Shown: positions 32,501 through 41,151 of the stretch, piece after piece
How the letters are laid out: the number at the start of each line of letters is the position of its first letter
Numbering within the stretch: the first letter of the stretch is position 1
IMG/VR virus record: IMGVR_UViG_3300032116_000108
Span: 16,133 to 80,132 of that record
Strand: one strand, 5' to 3'
DNA from: a virus
DNA: 64,000 nucleotides
Made by a program: the position numbers and the translations under genes
Notes under the pieces: generated by a model
Database searches by the model: none
The model's input: the letters and a program-made list of their open reading frames with translations, nothing else
What the model was told of the DNA's origin: nothing

Positions 32501-32990
32501 AACCTCCAGGTCCCGCATTTGGTTTAACGGTAATGCTTATGGATTTAATACCTAACGCTTGCGTGTCTTCATAATTTCTAACATTTCTGAAAGCCCTAAT
32601 TGTACCATCTTTTGTTTCAAATCTTTCCCCTGTTTGATTTGCACCTAGACCTTGTCTTGACCCTTTTCCTGTGAATTGATCTGACCAACTTGTGTCAAAA
32701 ACTTTTTTCCCTTTTGGTTGTAGAAAATTTAATTTTTCAAACGAATCCGATTGTCCTTGTATTGTAGCAACTAAAGTATTTACAACAGGGCTATCAAAAC
32801 TTTCCCCAACCGCCAATTTTGTTCTTGGTATTACTCTAGCCTCTAAATTTGCATAAAAAACTAAGTCTTCGTGTCTAACTAACCTATCTTGAACTTGATT
32901 TCCTATTAATACTTTATTAGGGTCGATTAGTATTATATTATCATAATCGGTTTCTATATAAATTTTTTCTTGCTGAAACTTATCTGCCAT
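26517..32990 (-). CDS. Giant baseplate hub protein (gp27/gpD/VgrG-like termini)
   Basis: Probable start MADKFQQ (32990); YNIDVTSMGNAMIQP...GPYQILEVTHTINESSFETKFNG resembles the gpD/gp44-type C-terminal barrel; follows the gpX-like gene. Confidence 0.65.
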   Translation of the reverse strand: MADKFQQEKIYIETDYDNIILIDPNKVLIGNQVQDRLVRHEDLVFYANLEARVIPRTKLAVGESFDSPVVNTLVATIQGQSDSFEKLNFLQPKGKKVFDTSWSDQFTGKGSRQGLGANQTGERFETKDGTIRAFRNVRNYEDTQALGIKSISITVKPNAGPGGYVPDVKIALTDVGGKTLFEQGENSIYSTFFNLPYPQFYLTVKGFYGKAIRYTLFMTDFTAKFNDDTASFDIDIKLTSNLVSLLQDTSLTYAKTAPKMFPIIVAKGGTSNNAPGGSNTSIKNLDVDYLGRQILNQVYQEYENKKLISPGFPRLTIDQFIKNTDDFVTSIKQSIEKKDFIALNDIKSFREELNEIKDRNYTVLLSRYLDTTNYISYDDGKGPQIYYDFKQTIPLEKRNEIETAIKNEIKNSVEILQKNKTFGIGGFYTIGGKSFPSEIPVSFSEDELFVKITPDKLSDKDFINTYTIRYGRTPDQAELTDFKVQLFLVLQNAETRLDPTTNQPISTEPTYMKFGITDPNSQTLFPGGFLDRINNYQQQLTAKEQEIETKFSNELSDRVTKVDGTLGFKPTIRNIMAIIIAGCDTFYRLMDRTHRLAWDKRNDPLRIKSVIPAEKSSGIDSKNVVNYSTGKLNEQNVVYPWPTYYVQEKLQDGRESFVVRYLGDPKYASKTFAFDYATWPEVHFTENFLDATVRRASSSQQNVYQNLQNLQNFTTVNALEFPFNNKPYNSTTELSVMYELYERLYVLSNYSNILAKQFNPQSLQADTFVSHLEGQNIINAITENFTVQEKLKNTNFNYENAFNYLKTLANNGTADHWLNLERGIFNTPYLQNLTENSFGLYSKKSIDGYTLALENNDPLAPKFKQYVEETKQLDYAQDDFLSKSTINEKSLTFLDDIKVLARLKKNDYYTNILPYDRMDYIVNNSKKDILVNPTTNNPINNLIELKDYLSKGVENLNFTEKTYRDIPNYSGNVSSTQINSNINTPYFVNALQKGVELEKSGNTTTAYVALGYMYLNSYGSPLSYYYTYDKDFNYTDVIFSDNIISKLDEYEYSQILKIGSFYHRYKKYIETGEDILDGVINDFDFTKNYDPLSQNLEKIYKIKNYTGGSQDFICQYKKIDANDNTKYVDIINTGFYPKLISDVHYYFTGKDLFTGYTESEFTNAYTAGTLNIGVNKDASYFMPFGGDPNNLKRSIILNPYFSYLTFDKKYNIDAQNKIHILIPSNGGIPLNQAKFEFFKNDKLTYEILSSKELFNGSVRTLWGQPNYGYFSKTSNILENNIYLSPYQDLFEGNGLFYYFKSFRKEILDKFEELFLGFCKRNPEPKDVLILEDDVQDPSYFSSGGITSLKNRKLFDQMLSIFSVNDASSPLTKIQENNDGLSLATTQKKNNANTFREFLIENPIIFKNGNPLNFNRKLFTSLTTIPELKNLSPITFDPYVPGTLPGDGILTGPNALLTSRTLSQKNVDAWKSLQLHNYNGFGNADYISYNNTGSTITDFFIDMNIDFTKENVETCEELIKRYSLQKFYAISNGNSYNKTNFISYIDNLLQENLDTQKNLTNQVFQYMRDKIPGVSLQTNSNQGNVNGDINKLSTYIQLQTFNNRWTAGSDLLTRPLFEDFLFMNTANADIGDQLQFFLEDVTKYLKMEKNMTISDVIGHILDEDRTTLFYATPSFINFNGVLDAENYNKPTDIDIPNSLFGTFRNVNYLDSRQKFIFLYVGKTSEHPQLNDNRNVVYGDDSFDIRNPADCPISIPQTPETNFYKTNKVVAFNVDFGIRNQNMFKKFSVGMGGGKQTAVTFKVNERLAGGSSGDKVAQETQSMYSYYKSLSYNIDVTSMGNAMIQPLMYFNLRHIPLFYGPYQILEVTHTINESSFETKFNGVRIPKYALPDVDSISTFIKKNYLEKYKKEILKENNENRYQEDVETILDPSKQSNEPKTSPEEECDKLVINDYKTLPYVNNTITTISIGELVLKIKNKQPEKYVDALILLLLMSRPTNLFDNKPISAAEATTLTNDGIVSCINNNLFLLSANNLYVTNPALSKLTCVSFPEGAVPLFSFDDVDGGLETINGILGSTAPIIEAIKNSAKTTNPSLSDKDAYSTAISALLFAYDTKFLFTGTRTGQDIFDFYRQKIVSAEITPEYATYLFSLASICIDKF

Positions 32991-33297
32991 AATAAAATAT
33001 ATATGTGTCCACAGCGTTTTTGTAGTCTTGTAGTGCAGCAATCAAAGGAAAAGGTACAATAATTGCCGATCCGTCAGGAATGTTTTCCTCTAAACCACCA
33101 AAAGACGGATTTGCCTGTAAAATTAACCAACCGAAATATGGTGTACCATATTTTTCAAAACTAAGCTTATCGAGTCTAGATTGATTTTTTCTATATATAA
33201 ATTTTTGGTCTGATGGTCTAGGTGGTAAAGTAACAAACGGAACAACCGTCTGTCTTCCATCTATTAAAAAACTTCTATATCTATCATAATACTCCAT
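32980..33297 (-). CDS. Baseplate gpX / T4 gp53-like LysM-fold protein
   Basis: SRLDKLSFEKYGTPYFGWLILQANP...IPDGSAIIVP. Confidence 0.8.
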   Translation of the reverse strand: MEYYDRYRSFLIDGRQTVVPFVTLPPRPSDQKFIYRKNQSRLDKLSFEKYGTPYFGWLILQANPSFGGLEENIPDGSAIIVPFPLIAALQDYKNAVDTYIFYYGR

Positions 33298-33298
33298 A

Positions 33299-36200
33299 TT
33301 ATTTCATTTGTCTTTTTAAGTTAAAATAATCCCAAGTTGATTCAACATTTGACCAAATAGCTCTTAAATTTTCATCATTTGGTGGTACAATTGGAACTTG
33401 TGATTCGTAAGTAAATTTTCTAAGCTTATCTCTATTATACGGTTTATAATTAAGTGCATTTTCTTCTCCAAAAAATCTTTTATACACCTCATCATTTGTG
33501 TATTTATCTTTGTAAGAAACCACTAATTTGTCAAAACTATTCTTTAATTTAGTGTATAATGTATTAACTGGATTATTCGGATTGTAAACATTTGGTATAT
33601 ATAGATTTCCTTGAGGTCTAAATATAACTTTGAACCCTAAATTTTTAAATATGAAGTTTTTCCAATTTTCTTTTTGTACTGAACCATCAATAACTGAAAT
33701 TATTTGATCAACAAAAAAATCGTAGTTACCTACTAATAAATCTCCCATAGTCATTGCAAATCTTCTATCAAAAACCGAAACATCAGGAGCATCTTCATTA
33801 TCTTCAATTTTGTTAACTAAATATAAATTGAATAAATAATCGCTATTATAAACATTTTTATCACCATTAGGGATTAATTGATAATTTTTTAGTATTTGAT
33901 TAAAATCATTTAAGTCTGTTCTAATTTTTAAAAAATCGTTTTTCAACTCGTCGTAAGTGTTTGTTGCACCAACACTTGATGCTTCAACTTCTGATGTTCC
34001 TGATATATTATAAATGTTAACACCACCTCTTTTATTTTCTCTACCGTCTATTTTGTTTGAAACAAAATTAATTTTATCGGTTATTTTAATAAATTCTAAT
34101 TGATTTTTTACTATGTCATTTGCAAATTTATCTAATTGTTGCTGATAAAGATTTTTTTGTTCGTCAAGTATTTCTTTAATTTTTCTTTTAATTTTCCTTA
34201 TATCTTGATTTTTAAAATCTTTTTGGAACTCTAAACCCCCTAATATTGGTATTGTTTCATCATCAACATCTTGGTTTGTTTTTTGAAAAAGGTCGTCTAT
34301 TTTTTCTTGGTAATTAACTGGTTTTCCAATAATGTTAACCTTATTAGATGTATTACCACTTAAATAGTCAAATAAACCTTCAGAATATTTTCTATCTTTT
34401 GTTAAAATAATTAATCCTCCCCACCCTTTAACTATTATTGTATTTTGTATTGCCTGATTGAACCCATTAACCATGTCCGCAGTTTTATCAATCAATTGAT
34501 TCATAACTTCTTTATAATTAATTCTACCTGAAATTAAATTTGTATTTATGTCCGCAAAACTTGATTCAATTGTTCCGATAGTATCTCCAGCATCGTTTTG
34601 TCTTGGCCTATTAGGGTCTATGTCTCCTACCTCATCTTGTATACTTTTTAAAATTTCGTCATCTATTTCTTGTAAAAAGTTTTCAGTTTCATCCGCTCTA
34701 TCATCATAAATTTCTGTATTAGCATAAAAGTTAAATGATAAACCATTTTGTAATTTAGCGATTGGTTCTGCTATTCCATGTCCACCAATAAAGTCAAAAC
34801 TTAGTGTGACATTAGCCATCATTGGCTGAACTCCAATCCCTTCAGGATTCAAATCATATTTTAAATCATCGTATTTTAATGAAATACTTCTAGGTACTAT
34901 TTTAGTATGATAAAAATCTCCAATCCTTAAAACTAGAATTGGTGGGGAACCAAAAGCACTATTAAATGCGTCGTTATATTGTAAGGTAAACCCTCCTTGT
35001 CCGTTATCAACGGCGGTTGGTATTGTGTCTCCTGGTCTTACACACTGTTGTAAAAATGTAAGTCTAGCATTTAAACCTTCAGGTGTTGTTGAATGGAATA
35101 CTGGATGAAAATTTTTAAATTTACTTTTTATACCATCATAAACCATTGGTTGTTGTTCTTGAATCATATCAAAATAGTTGCATTCAGTTAACAACTTTCT
35201 TAGTAGTCTTTTAGTTAAACCAGCCCTTAGTTTATTTGTTTTATCTTTAATTTGAGTAGTAACTACTTGTTGTTTTTTTATTTGTTCAGAAGGTGGTGTT
35301 GTGTTTTGGTCATCTTGACCTGCTTGTTCGTTTACTCCTGTACTTTCCGCAACATTATCAGTAGTTGCTTGGTCTTTTTTATTTTCTTCATTAGGTGTAT
35401 CAATGTTCAAACCTGTTATTTTAACTCTTCTACATAACATAGCCTGTACAGAATATTTACCGTCATAAAAACCATCAACATTAAAATCTTTTTGACAATC
35501 AATATCTTTATATGTCGGTTCATCTATTGTTGCTACGTCTCCTTTAGCTTCTGATTTATAAGTTAAATTACCGTTATCTAAATAAGTTTTAATTTTATCT
35601 CCACCAGATTCAAAATTTTTAATAAAATTTTCAACAGTTTTTAGTCTTCTTTCTGAAAGTGATTGATTATCATTTCCGCTTGAATTTGCAGATGCCTCAA
35701 TTTTAAAAAAAACTTTTTTACCTTGTTTCAAAGTAGATAATACTGCCGGTAAAAATTCTTTTTCTAAAGTTGTAAATTCTTTTTCACCAAAATCAAATAC
35801 CCCTGATAATGAATCAACTCTAGCATCAACATATTCTGTATATGAAAAAGATTCGGTATTATTGGGTAACGTGTCTATAAAATTATAATTACTAGATCCA
35901 GAACCCTTTCTACTATCATATTTAATTATTTTATCAGGAGCTTGTGATATTAATGGGGGGTCAACCGATGGGTCTCCTAAATATAAATCTTTAGTGTCTT
36001 TACTATAAAGATTATCATAATAGGTTTTATAACTGTCTTCTGCTTTAAAATTGTCTTTTTTAGGTTGTGATTGTTCAAAAAGTAATATTATTTCTTTAAA
36101 TTCTTCTTTTTGTAAAATATCTTCTTGCCCTTGGTTTTCATTATTATTTACTTGTCCTGTTTTATCTATTTCCGTTGTTTTTGTTACTATAGGTTTTTGT

Positions 36201-39031
36201 ATTGTTTCAAAATAGTCCCTATATTGTTCTACTGTTGATAATTCGTTTATTACTTCATAAACATCAGATAGTGTGAACTCTCTATATTTTTTTAATAGGT
36301 CATAAATGTCGTATTTTAAGCATCCAGCAATAAACGAATCAACTATTCTCGTTACTTCACTATTATCTTTTACATTTTGTAGTTCTTTATCTAAAAGTAA
36401 ATTCATAACAGATGAATGGTCAACAACCATAGACCAACTTATAGAACCTGTTCTTACCGTATTTTTATATGTTTTTATTGGTTCAACTCTACCTAAAAAA
36501 GTGTGGTCTTGCCAACTAGCGTTGGACCCTTCATCGAAGGATAAATTATAAGGTGGAAACCACATGATTCTACCACCATTAGGTCCTATTTCACAAGCAG
36601 GTAAGTCCTCAACTCTGAAACCATTTCTATCCGATGTTCTCCAAGCTAAGTTTTCTAATGAAAACATATATTTTTTTACCTTACCTTTATTATCCAAATT
36701 TGTCGATCCCTTACCTCTCATAGGTGCGATGTTCAAATTATATGTGTTATCTAATACAGAGTAGGTTGATTTACCTCCACTTCTTATAAGGCCATCGGCC
36801 TTTTGTAACTCATTATATGTGTAGTAAGGTCTATCTTTTGTAAATAATCTACAATATTCATAACCCTTTACTTCGGATGGTTCACCGTTTGGTTTTTTAG
36901 AAGTCGGAGTTACATATCTGATAACTCTAGATCCTTTGGTTAATTCTATGTATCCATCATTAAAGACTTTAGAAACTTGATTAATCGCGTTACCTACGTG
37001 TTCTAATTTACGTGTAGATTTATTACCAGCATCTATTAATTTTTGTGTAATATCTAAAATAGAACCGTCAGTAAATGTAACGTTTGTGGATTTTGTTTTA
37101 TCAAAGAATGGTTTAAATGCCGATGTCTCAAATAAACTATCGGTGTTAAATCTTGCTAAGATATTTTTTTTATTCGATGGTCCTACAAATGTTCCAGGTT
37201 CAATGTAATTATTTTTCGATATCCAAGTAAAACCCCCTTGTGGATCAACACTATCAAATAAATTTCTTGAGTTTAAACCAAAAAGAAAATCACTTATTCT
37301 ACTACCTTCAAAATCTTTTCCTACTTCACCATAACTATAAACTGGACCATCCTGTGGTCTATTGTTTCTTCCTTTAGGTAAATCCACTTTAGGACTAACT
37401 AAATCTCTGATATAATTTTTAGTAATTCCAACATAAAAATTAGATTGTGGTGCCAATAAATTAGTGGCACTTAAACCCGCAAATCTATAAGATGGTCTAT
37501 ATGTGTTATAAAATAATTGATCAAATAATAAACTTTTGGTTGCATCAGATGTATATGATAAAAACTTTTCAGACGCTTGGTCAATAAATAAGGAACTAAT
37601 TTGTTGTGCTAAATTACCTACGGCACCAGCAACCGCACCAATAGGATTAAGGGCCGCTTGTGATAAAAAGTTTTTATTTGGGTAGTCGAAATATTCACCA
37701 GGTATTAACGAATATGGACTATAAAGTCCCGCAAGTCTTGCTGTAAAACTTAAAGCATTTGCAACAGAATTTGGTCCTCCTGTTATTTTATAATTTTTTT
37801 GAACTATAGGTATATTATTTGTTACAATACCTAAAGCATCAAATGGGTCAGTATTTGGTCTAACCGATGTTGTATTTGTTGCAGGATCAACTTCACCCGT
37901 AAAAAGGTTTGTCCTACCTACTGTTTGTTGTAATAATTCAAAAGCAACTCTTGCTTTAAATTCTTTTTGTAATTGTTTAGCCGCGAACTGAGCCAAAAGT
38001 GAATCTTGACTTAATGTTCCTTCAGATCCTGTTGGGTTTTCATTTTGAATAATATTTACAGGGTTATACTCTGATGGTATAAAAGAGAAGGTAGTTTCGC
38101 TACTAACATATGGGGTGTTTATTGTTTCTTGTGCCAAATCTTCAACTGTAATTTCATCATAAGCACCGTCACCTGTGTTATATTTGTTTTTAATATACGC
38201 ATAACTTTGTGATTGTTCTGTTGTTTTGTTCGGTTCAGATGAAAAATATTCATATTCTCCTTCATTAGTTTTTGTATTTTGATTTACATTTGGGTATTTT
38301 TCTTGATTTCCGTATCCATTTGGTAAATTTTCAGGACCATATTGGTTTAAAACATACGCCAATCTTCTTGATTGTTCTTTTGTTCTTTCTCGTTCAGAGG
38401 CGGTGTATTCGTATTCACCTTTATTTGCGTCAGTTTGTTTATTAATGTTAATAATAATTGTTTCACCAAAACCATTAACTTTACCCTCCGGCCCGTATTC
38501 ATTTGCAAGGTATGAAATTATTTGTGATTGTTCTGTTGTTATGTTTGGTGCAGACGCAGTAAAACTATATTCTCCAAAATTACTTTCAGTACCCTTATTA
38601 ACATTTATTATAATTGGTTCTCCAAATCCGAGTGATACATTTTCAGGATTAAATTTATTTAATACTCTAAGTAAATTTTCTTGTTGGTCTCCTTTTTGTT
38701 CTAATGAACTATTATTAGCAATTGATTGATTATATGCGTCGTATTCTCCAAAATTTGAAAATGCGTTTAAATTAGTGTTAATTGCTACCACTTCTCCAAA
38801 TCCCCCTTTTTGTGAATACTTATTTAATCCAATTAACTCAGGTTCTTTTAATTCTTGATAGAAATTAATTGGTGGGCTATCAATGATAGAATAATCAACA
38901 ATTTGTATTTCACTAATAGGTAATTGTTCACTATAACTAAAATACCCTTCGACTTTATATGGTCTTAGGTTTCTTGTTATTAACTTTTTCCTAAAATTTT
39001 CTGTTGAATTAAATGATAGTGGGCTTTCCAT
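33299..39031 (-). CDS. Tail tube initiator (gpU/gp48/gp54-like) with N-terminal repeats and OmpA-like insertion
   Basis: WQDHTFLGRVEPIKTYKNTVRTGSISW and PPILVLRIGD...PMMANVTLSF are tube-initiator half-motifs; NQSLSERRLKTV...RRVKI is OmpA-like; lies between tape measure and gpX. Confidence 0.65.
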   Translation of the reverse strand: MESPLSFNSTENFRKKLITRNLRPYKVEGYFSYSEQLPISEIQIVDYSIIDSPPINFYQELKEPELIGLNKYSQKGGFGEVVAINTNLNAFSNFGEYDAYNQSIANNSSLEQKGDQQENLLRVLNKFNPENVSLGFGEPIIINVNKGTESNFGEYSFTASAPNITTEQSQIISYLANEYGPEGKVNGFGETIIININKQTDANKGEYEYTASERERTKEQSRRLAYVLNQYGPENLPNGYGNQEKYPNVNQNTKTNEGEYEYFSSEPNKTTEQSQSYAYIKNKYNTGDGAYDEITVEDLAQETINTPYVSSETTFSFIPSEYNPVNIIQNENPTGSEGTLSQDSLLAQFAAKQLQKEFKARVAFELLQQTVGRTNLFTGEVDPATNTTSVRPNTDPFDALGIVTNNIPIVQKNYKITGGPNSVANALSFTARLAGLYSPYSLIPGEYFDYPNKNFLSQAALNPIGAVAGAVGNLAQQISSLFIDQASEKFLSYTSDATKSLLFDQLFYNTYRPSYRFAGLSATNLLAPQSNFYVGITKNYIRDLVSPKVDLPKGRNNRPQDGPVYSYGEVGKDFEGSRISDFLFGLNSRNLFDSVDPQGGFTWISKNNYIEPGTFVGPSNKKNILARFNTDSLFETSAFKPFFDKTKSTNVTFTDGSILDITQKLIDAGNKSTRKLEHVGNAINQVSKVFNDGYIELTKGSRVIRYVTPTSKKPNGEPSEVKGYEYCRLFTKDRPYYTYNELQKADGLIRSGGKSTYSVLDNTYNLNIAPMRGKGSTNLDNKGKVKKYMFSLENLAWRTSDRNGFRVEDLPACEIGPNGGRIMWFPPYNLSFDEGSNASWQDHTFLGRVEPIKTYKNTVRTGSISWSMVVDHSSVMNLLLDKELQNVKDNSEVTRIVDSFIAGCLKYDIYDLLKKYREFTLSDVYEVINELSTVEQYRDYFETIQKPIVTKTTEIDKTGQVNNNENQGQEDILQKEEFKEIILLFEQSQPKKDNFKAEDSYKTYYDNLYSKDTKDLYLGDPSVDPPLISQAPDKIIKYDSRKGSGSSNYNFIDTLPNNTESFSYTEYVDARVDSLSGVFDFGEKEFTTLEKEFLPAVLSTLKQGKKVFFKIEASANSSGNDNQSLSERRLKTVENFIKNFESGGDKIKTYLDNGNLTYKSEAKGDVATIDEPTYKDIDCQKDFNVDGFYDGKYSVQAMLCRRVKITGLNIDTPNEENKKDQATTDNVAESTGVNEQAGQDDQNTTPPSEQIKKQQVVTTQIKDKTNKLRAGLTKRLLRKLLTECNYFDMIQEQQPMVYDGIKSKFKNFHPVFHSTTPEGLNARLTFLQQCVRPGDTIPTAVDNGQGGFTLQYNDAFNSAFGSPPILVLRIGDFYHTKIVPRSISLKYDDLKYDLNPEGIGVQPMMANVTLSFDFIGGHGIAEPIAKLQNGLSFNFYANTEIYDDRADETENFLQEIDDEILKSIQDEVGDIDPNRPRQNDAGDTIGTIESSFADINTNLISGRINYKEVMNQLIDKTADMVNGFNQAIQNTIIVKGWGGLIILTKDRKYSEGLFDYLSGNTSNKVNIIGKPVNYQEKIDDLFQKTNQDVDDETIPILGGLEFQKDFKNQDIRKIKRKIKEILDEQKNLYQQQLDKFANDIVKNQLEFIKITDKINFVSNKIDGRENKRGGVNIYNISGTSEVEASSVGATNTYDELKNDFLKIRTDLNDFNQILKNYQLIPNGDKNVYNSDYLFNLYLVNKIEDNEDAPDVSVFDRRFAMTMGDLLVGNYDFFVDQIISVIDGSVQKENWKNFIFKNLGFKVIFRPQGNLYIPNVYNPNNPVNTLYTKLKNSFDKLVVSYKDKYTNDEVYKRFFGEENALNYKPYNRDKLRKFTYESQVPIVPPNDENLRAIWSNVESTWDYFNLKRQMK
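38160..38830 (-). repeat. About four and a half tandem ~52-aa repeats
   Basis: Recurring N.Y.P....GFGE....N.N....N.GEY....S....T.EQS units. Confidence 0.8.
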
Positions 39032-39071
39032 TAATATCTATTTTATATATAAATAGATTATTTTAAATTTT

Positions 39072-40991
39072 TTAATAACCGAAGACACCTTTTTCTCCCA
39101 TGATTTTTGGCATCTTAGAAAACTCTTCTCTAATTTTATCGGTTAATAATGTTGCGTTGTCTCCTTTTTCTAACATTTGTTTTAATGTGCCATCAACACC
39201 TTTAACTTCAATTACTATTGGGCTGAACTTAACTTCGGTGGTGTTATTTGTATTAACGGTAGTTTCTACTTTTGCAAAAGTCTCACCCGGTGTTTTTGTT
39301 TGCATAGGTAGTGGTTTTGATGACATATCATTTAGTGCGTATGCGGTATCAAAACTTAGTTTTGCTTTATTTAAAATCTCATTTAATCTTGGTGCTGCTA
39401 AAAAATCATCTTCTTTATCAAAAACCATTTTTGAAATGGTTCCTTTATCACCACTTATTAAGGTGTTACTTTCAAACGGAGTTTCAGTTATCATATAATC
39501 TTTAGCAGTACCCGACCAACTTGTGTTTGCCATGTCCTGTTGCATTTTATCTTCTTCTGTTGCTGAAACAGCTAAAATATCTTTAATATTTACACCACTA
39601 ACAATTTTAGACATAAAATCACCCATTCCTACATTTTCTTGAATTCTAGCATAATATTCAGTAGATTCTTTCATGTTACTTTCTAAATTCTTCATGATTT
39701 TATTTTGTTCTGATGCATTCTGTGATAAAACTCCTTTATCACCAGTAAGAAGATAGTCATGTATTGCTCTAACATCTTTTGCTTGTTTTTCGGATATACT
39801 TAAATTTGACATCGCAATTCCTCTTTCATCCAACTTAGCCTTTTCCTGATACTCCTTTATGTTATTCATTTGTGCAACCGTAGCGTTAGTTACATCTTCA
39901 ATTTCACCTACTCCAGGTATGTTTAAACTAATTTTTCCATCTTTTATTTCTCCGACACTTTTTATTAATTCTAATTGGTCTTTATCAAATTTGTTAGGCG
40001 TTAAACTATTAATTTTATCTTCAATAAATGATTGTTTTACTCTTTCTTGACCTATTTGCATTGCGGTGTCTAAATTACTACCCATTAATGTTGCTTGTTT
40101 TTCTAATCTCATTAATTCTGAAGGGCTTGGTGGTATGGGATTTCCGAGTTCGTCTAATTTAAATGCCGATTCATATACTTTTAACATTTCATCCTGTAAC
40201 CCTTGAGCATCATATTGTCCCATTCTCATAACTTCAAAGAAATTCCCTAACTTTCCTATTTCCCCACCATACATTTGCATACCCTGAGATAATTTAACTG
40301 CTTGTTCAGGGTCCCATAATGTTTTAGCCAATTTAAGCGCACCGATACCATCAATACTAGTTCTTAAACTAGCGGCTTCTGATGCCATTTGAGTTAAACC
40401 TTCAGAACTTAATCTAAATGTTTGTAGACTTTGTATATTTTTAGAGACATCATCAACAACTGTTTTTACATCTAAACCTAATTTTTGAGCTTCATTAGTG
40501 ATTTTTTGTATTTCTTTAAATGAATTTTCTTGAGAATTAAAAATTCTCATAAAAGTGGCCTCTGTTTTTATTAAGTCAGCAGTCGCCATACCCGTCGCTT
40601 TTGAATACTCGATTTGATCCATCAAGAGTCTCTGTGTTGGGACAACCGCCTTATTTAATGCACTACTTGTTTCACCAGCGGCGGTTGTTATTTCTGAAAT
40701 ATTGACACCTAACTGATCTAATCCCTCACCTAACTGCGTTGTTCCAACATAAGCGTCAGTAATATATTTTTGAAACGCATTACTGTTTATTACAACACCG
40801 TCTGTAATTTCTCTTTGTTTTTTTATTGTGGTGTCTTGTATTTCAACTAATCCCTTTACCGCATTTGATAATGCGTTCTGTAAATATGTTGCTTCTTCTA
40901 GCGCGGTTTTTGCCTGTGAGGCACTAGAAAAAACACTCTTACCGGCAGCTCCGGCACCTAGATTAGTTGGTATAGTGTCTGATAAAAACAT
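39072..40991 (-). CDS. Probable tape measure protein
   Basis: 639 aa, helical and Ala/Gln/Met-rich, between chaperone and tube-initiator genes. Confidence 0.6.
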   Translation of the reverse strand: MFLSDTIPTNLGAGAAGKSVFSSASQAKTALEEATYLQNALSNAVKGLVEIQDTTIKKQREITDGVVINSNAFQKYITDAYVGTTQLGEGLDQLGVNISEITTAAGETSSALNKAVVPTQRLLMDQIEYSKATGMATADLIKTEATFMRIFNSQENSFKEIQKITNEAQKLGLDVKTVVDDVSKNIQSLQTFRLSSEGLTQMASEAASLRTSIDGIGALKLAKTLWDPEQAVKLSQGMQMYGGEIGKLGNFFEVMRMGQYDAQGLQDEMLKVYESAFKLDELGNPIPPSPSELMRLEKQATLMGSNLDTAMQIGQERVKQSFIEDKINSLTPNKFDKDQLELIKSVGEIKDGKISLNIPGVGEIEDVTNATVAQMNNIKEYQEKAKLDERGIAMSNLSISEKQAKDVRAIHDYLLTGDKGVLSQNASEQNKIMKNLESNMKESTEYYARIQENVGMGDFMSKIVSGVNIKDILAVSATEEDKMQQDMANTSWSGTAKDYMITETPFESNTLISGDKGTISKMVFDKEDDFLAAPRLNEILNKAKLSFDTAYALNDMSSKPLPMQTKTPGETFAKVETTVNTNNTTEVKFSPIVIEVKGVDGTLKQMLEKGDNATLLTDKIREEFSKMPKIMGEKGVFGY

Positions 40992-41015
40992 AACTTTATT
41001 TTATAAATAGAGGAA

Positions 41016-41138
41016 TTATTTTTTTTCGTATTCAGTATACAACTTATCCATGAAATATCTTCTTTCAAAACTTGGCATAATTAAAATATCCGAATACGAA
41101 AAATTTCCGTATTTAGTAAGATAATAAAATTCGTCCAT
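41016..41138 (-). CDS. T4 gp51-like / GT-type chaperone C-terminal ORF (possibly reached by +1 frameshift)
   Basis: MDEFYYLTKYGNFSYSDILIMPSFERRYFMDKLYTEYEKK; the S.S.I..MP..ER pattern is typical of tail-chaperone C-terminal domains. Not in ORF track. Confidence 0.75.
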   Translation of the reverse strand: MDEFYYLTKYGNFSYSDILIMPSFERRYFMDKLYTEYEKK

Positions 41139-41151
41139 TAAATTTTTCTTA

